From a virus, in IMG/VR virus record IMGVR_UViG_3300034018_003010: a stretch of 64,000 nt of DNA; one strand, given 5' to 3'. Of the stretch, positions 40,175 to 49,716 are shown piece after piece. The translations under genes were made by a program, and so were the position numbers. Every line of letters starts with the position of its first letter. The first letter of the stretch is position 1. The notes beneath the pieces are model-generated. The model saw nothing but the letters and a program-made list of their open reading frames with translations, ran no database searches and was not told the DNA's origin.

Positions 40175-40297
40175 ATGGAACAAAAGCTTAGTATATTAAC
40201 GTATATTACTTTCAAAGAATTTTTAATAAGAAGAAGTTTTCCTGAATTGATTACAATTAATAAGAAGTCAGTTAAAAAAATCGAAGGCAAAAAATGA
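40175..40297 (+). CDS. Unannotated 40-aa ORF (MEQKLSILTYITFKEFLIRRSFPELITINKKSVKKIEGKK)
   Basis: Preceded by CATATATA at 4 nt; its stop overlaps the gp15-like start (ATGA). Confidence 0.55.
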   Translation: MEQKLSILTYITFKEFLIRRSFPELITINKKSVKKIEGKK

Positions 40298-41292
40298 AGC
40301 CTATTGGCCCAAATGTTAATAGTTATGGTGGTTCTTTAAACGACATAAAAGACTTGGATTTCCAAAGTCGTTCTGAAAATATTGATCCGCCACCAGGGTT
40401 TTGTGATCAGCCACCCGATAATCAAAACAACGTTGGTTTAAACAATCCAGATGACTGGATGCAAGATTTATTTATAAATAAAACTGGAAATGGGCAAGAA
40501 AATAATGCGGACCCATTTCAACGGGGACAAATTGTAAATGATTTAAATGTTCCAAATAGAAATACAATTTATCGTTATGCAAAATCTATTCGTGGAACAG
40601 ATGAAGCTGTAATGGATTTATTTAGAAACATAGTTGTAATTGATGACGATGGAAAGGCACACCCAGTTCCTGTTATTTGGGCCACACAAGAAAGAGCCGT
40701 TGCCGCTGTGGTTCAAGAAAATGTAAGAAAAGACGATACACTAGTTGTAGATAGAATAAAATTACCAATGCTTGCAATAAGCAGCACAGACTTTACTTTT
40801 AATCAAGAAAGATATACTTATCACAAAGCTCTAAACTGGGCACCAGATACTCAAGGAAAACCAACTTTTACAGTATCAGAAAAATATAATAAAGATACTG
40901 TTTTTGGAGTTGCTAGAGGTATACCAATTGATATTAGTTATAATTTAATTGCATGGACAATGCAATTAGAAGATATGAATCAAATTATTGAACAAATAGT
41001 AACTAAATTTAGTCCTATGGCGTATATAAAAGTAAGGGGAGTAACTTGGGAAACTGGCGTAAAGATGAATTCTATAGCTAATAACTTAGAAACAGAGCCT
41101 GGAGATCAAGCTTTGCGAGTTATCAAATTTCAATTTGGTTTAACTGCTGAAACTTACGTTGCACAACCCATTAGACGTGAGAAGGCAATATTGGAAACTA
41201 GAGTTGAGATTGGCAATTCAGCAATAGATAATGAAATAAGCGAAATAATAAGTAGAATAGAAGAAAGCACAAGGGAATTTAAAAATGATTGA
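40294..41292 (+). CDS. Tail terminator / sheath stabiliser, T4 gp15-like
   Basis: DLFRNIVV...VPVIWA..ER...LPMLAI...PIDISYNL....QLEDMNQIIEQIV.KF.P. Confidence 0.8.
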   Translation: MKPIGPNVNSYGGSLNDIKDLDFQSRSENIDPPPGFCDQPPDNQNNVGLNNPDDWMQDLFINKTGNGQENNADPFQRGQIVNDLNVPNRNTIYRYAKSIRGTDEAVMDLFRNIVVIDDDGKAHPVPVIWATQERAVAAVVQENVRKDDTLVVDRIKLPMLAISSTDFTFNQERYTYHKALNWAPDTQGKPTFTVSEKYNKDTVFGVARGIPIDISYNLIAWTMQLEDMNQIIEQIVTKFSPMAYIKVRGVTWETGVKMNSIANNLETEPGDQALRVIKFQFGLTAETYVAQPIRREKAILETRVEIGNSAIDNEISEIISRIEESTREFKND

Positions 41293-41524
41293 AATTACAA
41301 ACTTGCAACAGACACCAATTTCTTTGTTTATCAGATCAAAAAGAGCCCCCGGACACGGAACATCACTAACAATACCTGGAATTGGTGCAGAAAAAAATAT
41401 TTTTTATTTAGAAGAAGAGAGAGCAACTGAATATATAAATAGAGCAGAGCAATCTGGTTATATTAAAACTAGATTTGTAGATAGTAATATATTGAGAACA
41501 GGAGAAAAACATGGCAACACTTAA
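41285..41524 (+). CDS. Small hypothetical protein before the tail sheath
   Basis: 79-aa ORF overlapping both neighbours. Confidence 0.6.
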   Translation: MIEITNLQQTPISLFIRSKRAPGHGTSLTIPGIGAEKNIFYLEEERATEYINRAEQSGYIKTRFVDSNILRTGEKHGNT

Positions 41525-43988
41525 GGGGTTCCCACCTTCTAATACAATAAGCCCTTCAGTAAAGTATACTGAAAGGGACTTAACTTTTCTTACAGCAGAA
41601 CCATCTCCGAACGATATTGGATTGGTAGGCTTTGCTTCTAAAGGTCCAGTTAATACACCAACAAAAGTTACAGACTTGGGAGGATTGGCAAGAACATTCG
41701 GCAATCCTCGTTTAAATCAGTCTTATAACCCTTACATGATTTACGCTGCACAGACAGCTCTGCAAACTGCTAACTCTGTGTATATAGTTCGTGTTGCCGA
41801 TACAGATCCACTTAGCACAACTTGCTCTGCAACTGCAAGCTATGATGTCTATGCTGCTGGCAATGTTATTACACTTTTGGGCAGCGAAGACTTGAGCGCC
41901 AATGTAAAAAATACTAATGATTTGTATTTTACATGGAGTTTAAACGGAGTAAAGTCAACAAGGCTTTTAACACTTCTAAAATATACTGACATGTCATCTC
42001 CTACAAGTACTGCGGGATGGACTATTGCAGAGATAGTAGCAGAACTTAATTCTCAGCTTGATTCTAGTTTAGATGGCATACAGTTTTATAGCTCTACAAA
42101 CTATATTGGAATAAAAACAACTTGGGCATATGGACCATCAGCAAAGCTTGAAATACTAAGCACCGAAAATCCTTTAATTGGTGGACCAGTTTTATTTACT
42201 GGTGGCTCTGCTATGGTATGTTCCAACGTTTTAGGACTTGGCACTGGAATGTTGCCTGCATCACAAGAAGGAAGCGCTGTTAAGTATGGAGCTGGGCTTG
42301 CAGGAACATGGGACTTCACAGGCTTAACAAACTTATCTCTTTCTCTTGTTGCTAGCGGATATAACAACACATTAATCGATGATGTTGTACAAACTGTTCC
42401 TCTAACAACAACTATGGCTGGTACCACTTATGCCACAACAGCACTTTTAGTAGCAGCATTACAAACAGACTTTACTGCTGCTGGCGTAAAAGGTTTAGCC
42501 GTTTCTGTTGGGTCTACTAGCGCAAATGCTATCAAAATCACAGGAACAGTTGCCGGAGCTTCTTGCAAGTTTTCTATTAGAACTGCAAGTACAGTAATTT
42601 CTATATTTGGATTTAATAATACTGCAACACTAGGCACAGTAAAAACTGACAACTGGGATCCAAACACACTTATAAATAGTGGAACCAGCACTTCGGGAGC
42701 TTCAGATGATGTTGGACCTCCTGCACCATCTACATATGGAATAATTACCGGCCCTTCAACTGGTACTACTACAAAAACATTTACAATTAATGCAGATAGC
42801 GCTGGAATCGAAGGAAACTACACTCAAGTTGTCATAACAAGTGGAGATGCCGGGGCTTTCAACATGTCTGTTTATTCTAACGGAGAGCAAGTAGAGGCTT
42901 TCGGAAATTTAACAAAAGACGCTACATCTTATTTTTATGTTTCAACATATGTAAATTCTTTAAGTAATTACATTAGAATAACAGATGTTACAGGTGTATC
43001 GACACCTCCTGCGAATGGCACATATACACTAACTGGTGGAAAAGATGGCGTTCCAACAGACCCTGATGATCAAGATACTTTGATTGTAGGAAGCTATACA
43101 GCAGGATCTGGTCTTTTTGCTTATTCTGATCCAGAGCAAGTTGATATTGATTTATTAGCAGTTCCTGGCAACTCTTCAACAAATGTTATTGTTGGCATGT
43201 TTAATTTAGCGCAAAACTACAGACAAGACTGTTTGGCAATTGTTGATCCTCCATCTGGATTAACTCCAACAGAAGTTGTGGCTTGGTCAAATGGCCAAAT
43301 GTCATATCAAACAGAAAGACTAAACAGTGATTATGGTGCTCTTTATTGGCCTTGGGTTGTAATCAGAGACTATTACAACAAAGTTGACGTAACTGTTCCT
43401 CCAAGCGGTGCAGTATTGGCAACAATAGCCTATTCTGATAGCATTAGCTTCCCTTGGTATGCTCCTGCTGGTCTAACAAGAGGTATTGTTCCTGGCATAA
43501 AGGATGTCGTTGCAATACCAACAGGTCCAGAAAGAGACGCTATGTATGGAAATAGAAATGCAATCAACCCGATTGTAATCTATCCAGATCCTAATGTTAC
43601 TGGCTTCGTTATTTGGGGACAAAAAACATTGCAAAGAGCACAATCTGCTCTTGATCGCATCAATGTTCGCAGAATGTTATTCTATGTTGAAAAAGAAATT
43701 AGACTTCTTGCTAAGAACATTCTTTTCGAACCAAACACAGAAGCAGTTAGAACAAACTTCGTATCTCTCTGTGCTGGTGTACTAAATAACGTAAAAATTA
43801 ACAACGGCATTTATGACTACTTCATTAAGTGTGACACTGAATTAAACCCTCCAGATGTCATTGATAGAAACGAATTGAGAGCAAGAATCGGTGTTCAGCC
43901 TACCCGTGCAATTGAATTTATATTTATTGAATTCTCCCTACACAGAACTGGCAGCTTCACCGAAAGCACCACATTGAGCACCACATGA
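41511..43988 (+). CDS. Tail sheath protein (gp18-like)
   Basis: SPSVKYTERD, GFASKGPVN.P, YGALYWPW, PWYAPAGLTRG, IWGQKTL...LDRINVRR, LFEPN and IQ/VQPTRAIEFI-type C-terminus. Confidence 0.95.
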   Translation: MATLKGFPPSNTISPSVKYTERDLTFLTAEPSPNDIGLVGFASKGPVNTPTKVTDLGGLARTFGNPRLNQSYNPYMIYAAQTALQTANSVYIVRVADTDPLSTTCSATASYDVYAAGNVITLLGSEDLSANVKNTNDLYFTWSLNGVKSTRLLTLLKYTDMSSPTSTAGWTIAEIVAELNSQLDSSLDGIQFYSSTNYIGIKTTWAYGPSAKLEILSTENPLIGGPVLFTGGSAMVCSNVLGLGTGMLPASQEGSAVKYGAGLAGTWDFTGLTNLSLSLVASGYNNTLIDDVVQTVPLTTTMAGTTYATTALLVAALQTDFTAAGVKGLAVSVGSTSANAIKITGTVAGASCKFSIRTASTVISIFGFNNTATLGTVKTDNWDPNTLINSGTSTSGASDDVGPPAPSTYGIITGPSTGTTTKTFTINADSAGIEGNYTQVVITSGDAGAFNMSVYSNGEQVEAFGNLTKDATSYFYVSTYVNSLSNYIRITDVTGVSTPPANGTYTLTGGKDGVPTDPDDQDTLIVGSYTAGSGLFAYSDPEQVDIDLLAVPGNSSTNVIVGMFNLAQNYRQDCLAIVDPPSGLTPTEVVAWSNGQMSYQTERLNSDYGALYWPWVVIRDYYNKVDVTVPPSGAVLATIAYSDSISFPWYAPAGLTRGIVPGIKDVVAIPTGPERDAMYGNRNAINPIVIYPDPNVTGFVIWGQKTLQRAQSALDRINVRRMLFYVEKEIRLLAKNILFEPNTEAVRTNFVSLCAGVLNNVKINNGIYDYFIKCDTELNPPDVIDRNELRARIGVQPTRAIEFIFIEFSLHRTGSFTESTTLSTT

Positions 43989-44007
43989 TTTTAGATAGGA
44001 GATAAAC

Positions 44008-44673
44008 ATGTCTTATAATATGGGTATCGGAGCCTTGGGTAACTCCACAGGCATCATGTTTAAGAGAAAATTTAGATGGCTTTTCAGCGTAGAAGATATT
44101 TGTTCTGCTGGAGGAATTAGTAGAGTTCCAGAATCATTCGTGAAATCTGCTGCTCGTCCTAATATTTCTTTCGAAGAAACAGAAATCAACTTCCTACATG
44201 GCAAAATGTATATTCCTGGCAAGGCAACATTTGAATCCATTACAGTAACATACTATGATGTTACAAATGATCAAACATCTCCCTTGGTGCCATTATATAG
44301 CTGGATTGCAAACGTCTATGACTTTTTAAGTCCAACTGGCGGCATTACCAATCCTCGTATGAACGCAAGAGCATATGATGTTGGTGCTAGAGCCCATTAC
44401 GGCGGCAGAGGCGTTCTAACCATGCTTGATGGTGGTGGACTTGCCCTAGAAGCTTGGACATTGTACGACTGCTGGCCACAATCAGTTAACTTTGGTGACC
44501 TAGATTATGCAACACAAGATGAAGCAACAATTGAGTTGACTGTTCGTTATCAGTTCGCCAAATGGCAGAACTTCTGCGGAGCGCAGCCAGCCCCTTGCTT
44601 TGGTTCTACTTGCGGCGCAGATCTTCCTGCTGGTCTCAATGCTCCAGCCGGTCTAAATGGCGGAAGAATCTAA
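44008..44673 (+). CDS. Tail tube protein (gp19-like)
   Basis: KRKFRW...SAARP.I....I......PGK...ITVTYYD...WTLYDCWP.SVNFGDLDY...IELTVRY. Confidence 0.85.
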   Translation: MSYNMGIGALGNSTGIMFKRKFRWLFSVEDICSAGGISRVPESFVKSAARPNISFEETEINFLHGKMYIPGKATFESITVTYYDVTNDQTSPLVPLYSWIANVYDFLSPTGGITNPRMNARAYDVGARAHYGGRGVLTMLDGGGLALEAWTLYDCWPQSVNFGDLDYATQDEATIELTVRYQFAKWQNFCGAQPAPCFGSTCGADLPAGLNAPAGLNGGRI

Positions 44674-44696
44674 TAATTAATTTATTTTTAAAATTT

Positions 44697-44730
44697 GTAC
44701 TCCTGCACATTAAATAATGTGCAGGAGTAC
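44697..44730. other. Perfect 15-bp inverted repeat between the two tube genes (terminator/processing hairpin)
   Basis: gtactcctgcacatt-aaat-aatgtgcaggagtac. Confidence 0.8.
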
Positions 44731-44751
44731 TTTCATTATAAAGGTATTCAA

Positions 44752-45378
44752 ATGTCTTTAATAACTGGTTTTAATATGGGCATAGGCTGGGCGGCCTCTG
44801 CGGTTTTCAAGAGAAAATTTAGATTTTTTGTATCAATACAAAACTTTGCTTCGCCAACAAGTTTGCTGCCAATAATTCCAGAAAGAGCAGCCAGACCTTC
44901 TATTTCAATTAACGAAATGAAAGCCGAACATACAACAGAAACAATTTATTATCCCGGCAGACCTGAGTGGAAACCAATACAGTTTACATTTTTTGATTAT
45001 GTTCCATATCCTACTGGAGGTAATGCCAATACTCCGCATCCTATGTGGATATGGTTAAATTATTATTATAATACTTTTAGTGGTAACTTAAAAACATCTT
45101 ATAATGACCCAGTTTACAATAGTCCTGCACCTTATTTACAGTCGGTAAACGGTCAATCCATTAGCAGAATAAAAAGAAACATTCTAATACACGTTTTTGA
45201 TGGGTCTGGAAATGAAATAGAAAGATGGGCGTATGCTAATTGCTACCCAACAGAAATAGACTTTGGAGACTTGGACATGGGCGACCAAGATATTTGTCGT
45301 GTAACATGCACAATGAGATATGATAGAGCTTACACAGTAAGTTGTAATATGCCTTTGCCAGACTTAAAACTAGTCTAA
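44752..45378 (+). CDS. Second tail tube-like protein (gp19/gp54-like)
   Basis: FNMGIG...FKRKFRF...RAARPSI...PGRPEW.PI.FTF.D...ERW.YANCYP..IDFGDLD...MRYD. Confidence 0.8.
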   Translation: MSLITGFNMGIGWAASAVFKRKFRFFVSIQNFASPTSLLPIIPERAARPSISINEMKAEHTTETIYYPGRPEWKPIQFTFFDYVPYPTGGNANTPHPMWIWLNYYYNTFSGNLKTSYNDPVYNSPAPYLQSVNGQSISRIKRNILIHVFDGSGNEIERWAYANCYPTEIDFGDLDMGDQDICRVTCTMRYDRAYTVSCNMPLPDLKLV

Positions 45379-45606
45379 GAATTGCTCAGCTTTTATAATA
45401 TCTCTGCACTTTTTTAAGAAATCTTCCAATTCTTTTGGCTTGCATTCTAGTATTCTGCAGGCTCCACTTTTATTTAATCGACCCTTTTTGGTGTAAGCTT
45501 TTGTCTCGTTAAGCAACAAAGCTTCTATTTCTTTTCCAAGTCCATTTCTCTCAAGAATATCAAGCAATTCTTGTTTTTCTAAAATTTCTAAAAAGCTTTT
45601 TCTCAT
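45370..45606 (-). CDS. Small hypothetical protein, possibly HTH-like
   Basis: 78-aa ORF containing YTKKGRLNKSGACRIL. Confidence 0.6.
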   Translation of the reverse strand: MRKSFLEILEKQELLDILERNGLGKEIEALLLNETKAYTKKGRLNKSGACRILECKPKELEDFLKKCRDIIKAEQFLD

Positions 45607-45637
45607 AATATATTATATACAAATAAATTAATTATTA

Positions 45638-46183
45638 CTATCTTTTTTGATAAAAACTGTCAAAGTTATTATCATATTCTGAATTAGGGGATTCTTTATT
45701 TCTAGTTATAACATCAAAGCCAAGTTTTATTTTAATAATATCACCATAACGACGTTTTAAATCATTGTAATTTCTAGCAGATCTCCACAATTGTCTAAAA
45801 TGATTTAATATACAGGTTGTCAAATAATTAAATGCTTTGCCTTTTTGAGGATCAAATTTTTCAGCTCTTTCGAAACAAATTAACACACCTTCTTGTATTG
45901 CGTCATCATCATCTATGTGGCTAAATTTTGCATATCTAACAATATTATTACTAAGAGTATAAAATGCTGTTGCCAATATCATCTGTGCATCTTTATATTC
46001 TTGTTCTGCTTCGTTTGAAATAGAATCGCATATACTCAAAGGATTTTTAAGTTTTTTACTATTATTTTTTTGCCATTCTATTTCGTTCTTAAGTATTTGT
46101 ATTTTTTTCTTTTTTCTTTGGGCATTTTGATATTTCATAATAATTTTTTCAAATGCTTTATTATTAAGATATTCGCTAGACAT
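45638..46183 (-). CDS. Late transcription sigma factor, T4 gp55-like
   Basis: YLNNK.F...KF...DDAIQEGV..CF....KFDP.KGKAFNYLTTCILNHF.Q. Confidence 0.8.
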   Translation of the reverse strand: MSSEYLNNKAFEKIIMKYQNAQRKKKKIQILKNEIEWQKNNSKKLKNPLSICDSISNEAEQEYKDAQMILATAFYTLSNNIVRYAKFSHIDDDDAIQEGVLICFERAEKFDPQKGKAFNYLTTCILNHFRQLWRSARNYNDLKRRYGDIIKIKLGFDVITRNKESPNSEYDNNFDSFYQKR

Positions 46184-46245
46184 TTATCTCCTAAAATAAA
46201 ATAAAATATACTTTAAATTAGTTAGATAATTATTATTTTAATTTT

Positions 46246-47022
46246 ATGATAGGAATAATTTTTGAAAACGAACAAGATATTACCTCAGACATTTTAAATA
46301 ATAAAAGTGTTAGAGTGCTAACCGAATCTGAAGTGCGATCAAATAGTTATAAGCAATTAATGAGTGAAATCAATTTAAATGCAATAATTAAAATAAAATA
46401 TGGAGAAGTAATTAGACCGCCTTTTAGTTTTAATCCTTTAAAAAATTCTTACATTATGATAAGCTCTGGGTCTTGGATAGATAAACAAAATAGATTATTA
46501 GGTCACGAATCTTCAAGCGAAGAATGTCAATCAATTCAAATAACATCTAAAAATAACAACCATCCTTTTTTATCAGAAGATCAATTTGATCTTAAATTAT
46601 CTTTTATAGAAAAAAATTATAATTATTTTTTAAATGAAAGTAAAAAAATTATTTTAAAACATGGAGTTACAAAACAAACAATAATGCTTCTTTTTTATAG
46701 TGCAACAATTCTTGGAATAATAGAAAACAAAAGTAATGAAGCACTCAAATTTATAAGACAGGCTTTAGAAATAAAACCCGACTTTAGCGAATTTTATTCT
46801 ATTGCTGGTGATATTTATTTAAAAAATGAAAACTATTCATTAGCAATAAATGCTTATGAGCAAAGTATTTTAAAATATGAAATAAGAAACAAAAGAGACA
46901 TTTTGCCTTTTTCATCAATTAGAAGTACAAATTATTGCAAAAATCAAATTGATGCAATAAAATCAAAATATGGAAAATCAAAAAAAATTGTTACGATCTT
47001 TGAGCCAAGAAAGCCCCCCTGA
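46246..47022 (+). CDS. TPR-containing hypothetical protein
   Basis: EALKFIRQALEIKPDFSEFY...GDIYL....YSLAINAYEQSI. The last codons run into the mini-element. Confidence 0.65.
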   Translation: MIGIIFENEQDITSDILNNKSVRVLTESEVRSNSYKQLMSEINLNAIIKIKYGEVIRPPFSFNPLKNSYIMISSGSWIDKQNRLLGHESSSEECQSIQITSKNNNHPFLSEDQFDLKLSFIEKNYNYFLNESKKIILKHGVTKQTIMLLFYSATILGIIENKSNEALKFIRQALEIKPDFSEFYSIAGDIYLKNENYSLAINAYEQSILKYEIRNKRDILPFSSIRSTNYCKNQIDAIKSKYGKSKKIVTIFEPRKPP

Positions 47023-47045
47023 CTTCAGCCGGGGGAGGATGTCAA
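46995..47045 (+). mobile_element. 51-bp IS200/IS605-end-like hairpin mini-element
   Basis: gatctttgagccaagaaagcccccctgacttcagccgggggaggatgtcaa: a GC hairpin ending in TCAA, 46/51 identical to the reverse complement of 50457-50507. Confidence 0.7.
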
Positions 47046-47473
47046 ATTAAGTCAAGACTATTTATAACTACAGTTACTTGATCTTCATATCTTGATAATG
47101 TTACTTGTTTTCTTCCTTCTCTAAATTCTTGCAATCTTGCCTCTAGCTCCATTATATTGCAGCTAATCACACGCCAATTATTAACAATTCTTGGTGGCTC
47201 AGATTGTTGCTGAACCACATTTTCTGGTTGCGGTTGTGGCGGCACTTGCTGCTCAATCTTTACAATATTTTTGTCGGGAAAATATTGTTGCAAAACATCT
47301 GAAGCTTCTGCAATTAATCTTTCAAAGAACTTCATATTGCAGCCGCAATTAATATTCGATCTTACTCTTGCAACGTCTACAGATAGGCTTTCTGGAAGCT
47401 TAGAAACGAAGGCATCATCCTTCATTGCGTTTTTAATATCTAAAAGACTAAGAGGATTGCTTGCTTTCATCAT
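47042..47473 (-). CDS. Hypothetical protein
   Basis: 143-aa ORF whose TGA stop overlaps the mini-element end. Confidence 0.65.
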   Translation of the reverse strand: MMKASNPLSLLDIKNAMKDDAFVSKLPESLSVDVARVRSNINCGCNMKFFERLIAEASDVLQQYFPDKNIVKIEQQVPPQPQPENVVQQQSEPPRIVNNWRVISCNIMELEARLQEFREGRKQVTLSRYEDQVTVVINSLDLI

Positions 47474-47687
47474 TTTTTATCTCCTTCATTAACATGCCAC
47501 AAACTTTGCATTTATAGATTAGCTTTTCTGGTAGAAAAGACGCTTTTTTGGTTTTTTTATTTTCATTGTCAAAATATGGAAGGTTTCTAATTATTTTTGT
47601 TCTTTTTATATATGCAACATCTTCTAAACTTTCCACTATGTGCTTTTTATTGCACTTCTCACACCAAAAAAATATATTAGAACTCAT
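47448..47687 (-). CDS. Small zinc-ribbon protein
   Basis: CEKC...CKVCG; the likely start ATG 47687 is coupled to the upstream stop. Confidence 0.6.
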   Translation of the reverse strand: MSSNIFFWCEKCNKKHIVESLEDVAYIKRTKIIRNLPYFDNENKKTKKASFLPEKLIYKCKVCGMLMKEIKNDESKQSS

Positions 47688-48019
47688 TATTTTAATACAG
47701 TATTTGCTTCCAAAAATGTTAAAAAGTATGCCCAAAAATATGAAAGGCATGATCCGGCACAACCACACACAAAAACAAATCTCAAAGATGTCCAATCATT
47801 CAAAAAAATATTGTAATCAATACAACATAGCCCACAAATTATTCCAGACCAAAAACCACAACATTGATAACAATCAATAAGCTTCATAAAAAAATTAGGC
47901 ATAAACTTGCCTAAAAATCCTTTTACAGGTTTCATTATTTCGCTATCTACAACTATTTGTGTAAAACCAATGCTTCCAAAAATAAACACAACAACTTGAA
48001 GCAAATTATTTAATTCCAT
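47687..48019 (-). CDS. Small membrane protein, DUF1360-like
   Basis: Hydrophobic helices with LIDCYQCCGFW. Confidence 0.6.
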   Translation of the reverse strand: MELNNLLQVVVFIFGSIGFTQIVVDSEIMKPVKGFLGKFMPNFFMKLIDCYQCCGFWSGIICGLCCIDYNIFLNDWTSLRFVFVCGCAGSCLSYFWAYFLTFLEANTVLK

Positions 48020-48378
48020 ATTGTAACCTCAATTTTTTCATTATGTCTGTATATTGACATATCAATAAAATTATATGCTTGTGGCAAATCATTCTCCAAA
48101 TTTTTCACACAAGATGAAAGATGTGTAAACATTTTTTTAAATTCCATAGAAAATTTAACTTTTTTTCCGATAACTTTTTCAATAATTTGCAAATCTTTTT
48201 CATTTAAAACCATACATAATCTTGAAATTGCACTTTTCATTAGAGGCTTAAAGTTTGGATTCACAATTCCAAGTTTATAATCTATAAATATTTCTTTATA
48301 ATGATCTAGCTCTTTATACAACTGTTTATTTTGAAAGATTATTTCCTCTATATTATCAAAACTTAAAGTTATTTCCAT
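48010..48378 (-). CDS. Hypothetical protein
   Basis: 122-aa ORF. Confidence 0.6.
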   Translation of the reverse strand: MEITLSFDNIEEIIFQNKQLYKELDHYKEIFIDYKLGIVNPNFKPLMKSAISRLCMVLNEKDLQIIEKVIGKKVKFSMEFKKMFTHLSSCVKNLENDLPQAYNFIDMSIYRHNEKIEVTIWN

Positions 48379-48417
48379 AGCACTATATTAGTAGTATATT
48401 CAAAGGAGATTTAATCA

Positions 48418-49536
48418 ATGAACGATGATACTTTTAGACCGCAAGGTCATGGGCAGAATGTTCCAAATAACATACCTGTTAATTCGCCAGCAAATAACAC
48501 TGCGGCAGAGGGTGTGCGAATTTCTGGAAAGATACCAGCGGCCTTGCAAGCCGTTTTAAATTCTCAGCAAAATAGCGCAGAAGGACAGCCCTATTCTGTT
48601 CCTCCTGTCCAACCTCCTGTTCCTCCAATGCAGCAGCCTCCAGTGCAACCGCAGCCCAACAATTTTCAACAGCCGCAATATCAAGCTGCTCCTCAAACTT
48701 CTAATGCTACACCACAAAATGTTGCATATAGCAATTCCAATTTGAACGCTCTTCTTGAAAAATTAAAGGGCCAAAATTATGTCTATGAAGAAATTGTTTT
48801 GCCTTCTTTAGGTAAATTTTACGATGGCACCGATTGTCCAACCAATGGTGTTCTACACATTAGGCCAATGACTGGGGAAGATGAACAAATTTTGGCAACG
48901 CCTCGATTTGTCAAAAAAGGCCAAGCAATTAACATGATTTTTTCAAGATGTATTCAAGAACAAATTAAAGTTGCAGATTTACTTTCAGTAGATAGAACAT
49001 TTTTGTTAATTTACTTACGAGGTATTTCTTATGGAACAGAATATGAAGTGGAAATTAAAGACCCAGATTCCGACCGTAAGTTCACAACAGTAATAGATCT
49101 TGACACCTTGCCAGTTGAAAAATGCCCTGAAGATTTTGGATCAGATTTATCAGGGGTATTGCCAAAAAGCGGATTTAGATTTTCTTACAGATTTTCAAAA
49201 GGAAAAGACGAAACAGATTTGCAAGATCACAGAGACAGAAGACTCAAAATATCTGGTGACTCTGGATCAGATGATAGCCTTCTTTATAGAACAGCACAAT
49301 TAGTTGAACAAATTGAAGGAATTACCAACAAAACAGAAATTGTTACCTTGCTTAGAAATCTTCCTATTCAAGACTTGACTTATTTAAGAAACTTGGTTAC
49401 AGAGCCTCCATTTGGAGTTGATACCAAAGTAACTATCATTTCTCCAGTTACATCAGACGAATTTACTATAGAATTGCCACTTGAAGCAAATTTTTTCTTC
49501 CCCCGCAATCGGAAAAAGGAGAAGACCCAAGCTTAG
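48418..49536 (+). CDS. Baseplate hub assembly / tail chaperone, T4 gp26-like, with a Pro/Gln-rich N-terminal extension
   Basis: EIVLPSLG.FY...IRPMT.EDE.IL...DR.FLLIYLR.ISYG..Y...ELPLEANFFFP; SD AAGGAG. Confidence 0.75.
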   Translation: MNDDTFRPQGHGQNVPNNIPVNSPANNTAAEGVRISGKIPAALQAVLNSQQNSAEGQPYSVPPVQPPVPPMQQPPVQPQPNNFQQPQYQAAPQTSNATPQNVAYSNSNLNALLEKLKGQNYVYEEIVLPSLGKFYDGTDCPTNGVLHIRPMTGEDEQILATPRFVKKGQAINMIFSRCIQEQIKVADLLSVDRTFLLIYLRGISYGTEYEVEIKDPDSDRKFTTVIDLDTLPVEKCPEDFGSDLSGVLPKSGFRFSYRFSKGKDETDLQDHRDRRLKISGDSGSDDSLLYRTAQLVEQIEGITNKTEIVTLLRNLPIQDLTYLRNLVTEPPFGVDTKVTIISPVTSDEFTIELPLEANFFFPRNRKKEKTQA

Positions 49537-49553
49537 TATTATGGAGAAATCTC

Positions 49554-49712
49554 ATGGATGAGATTTTCTTTTTTCAGTATCATTTAAGGATTGACAAGTT
49601 CACATGGCAAAAATACGCTATAGTAGAAAGAAAATACCTAATAGATAAGTATATTCAACAAAAAGATATGGAACAGAAGCATTTAGAAAAGGAATCTAAG
49701 AGAAAAAGGTGA
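49554..49712 (+). CDS. Unannotated gp51-like small ORF in the -1 frame (MDEIFFFQYHLRID...AIVERKYLID...)
   Basis: The frame is open 49485-49712. The helix-rich E.F....H......ER.Y.I pattern is typical of the ORF that follows gp26-like genes. GGAG precedes ATG 49554. Confidence 0.65.
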   Translation: MDEIFFFQYHLRIDKFTWQKYAIVERKYLIDKYIQQKDMEQKHLEKESKRKR

Positions 49713-49716
49713 TTAG

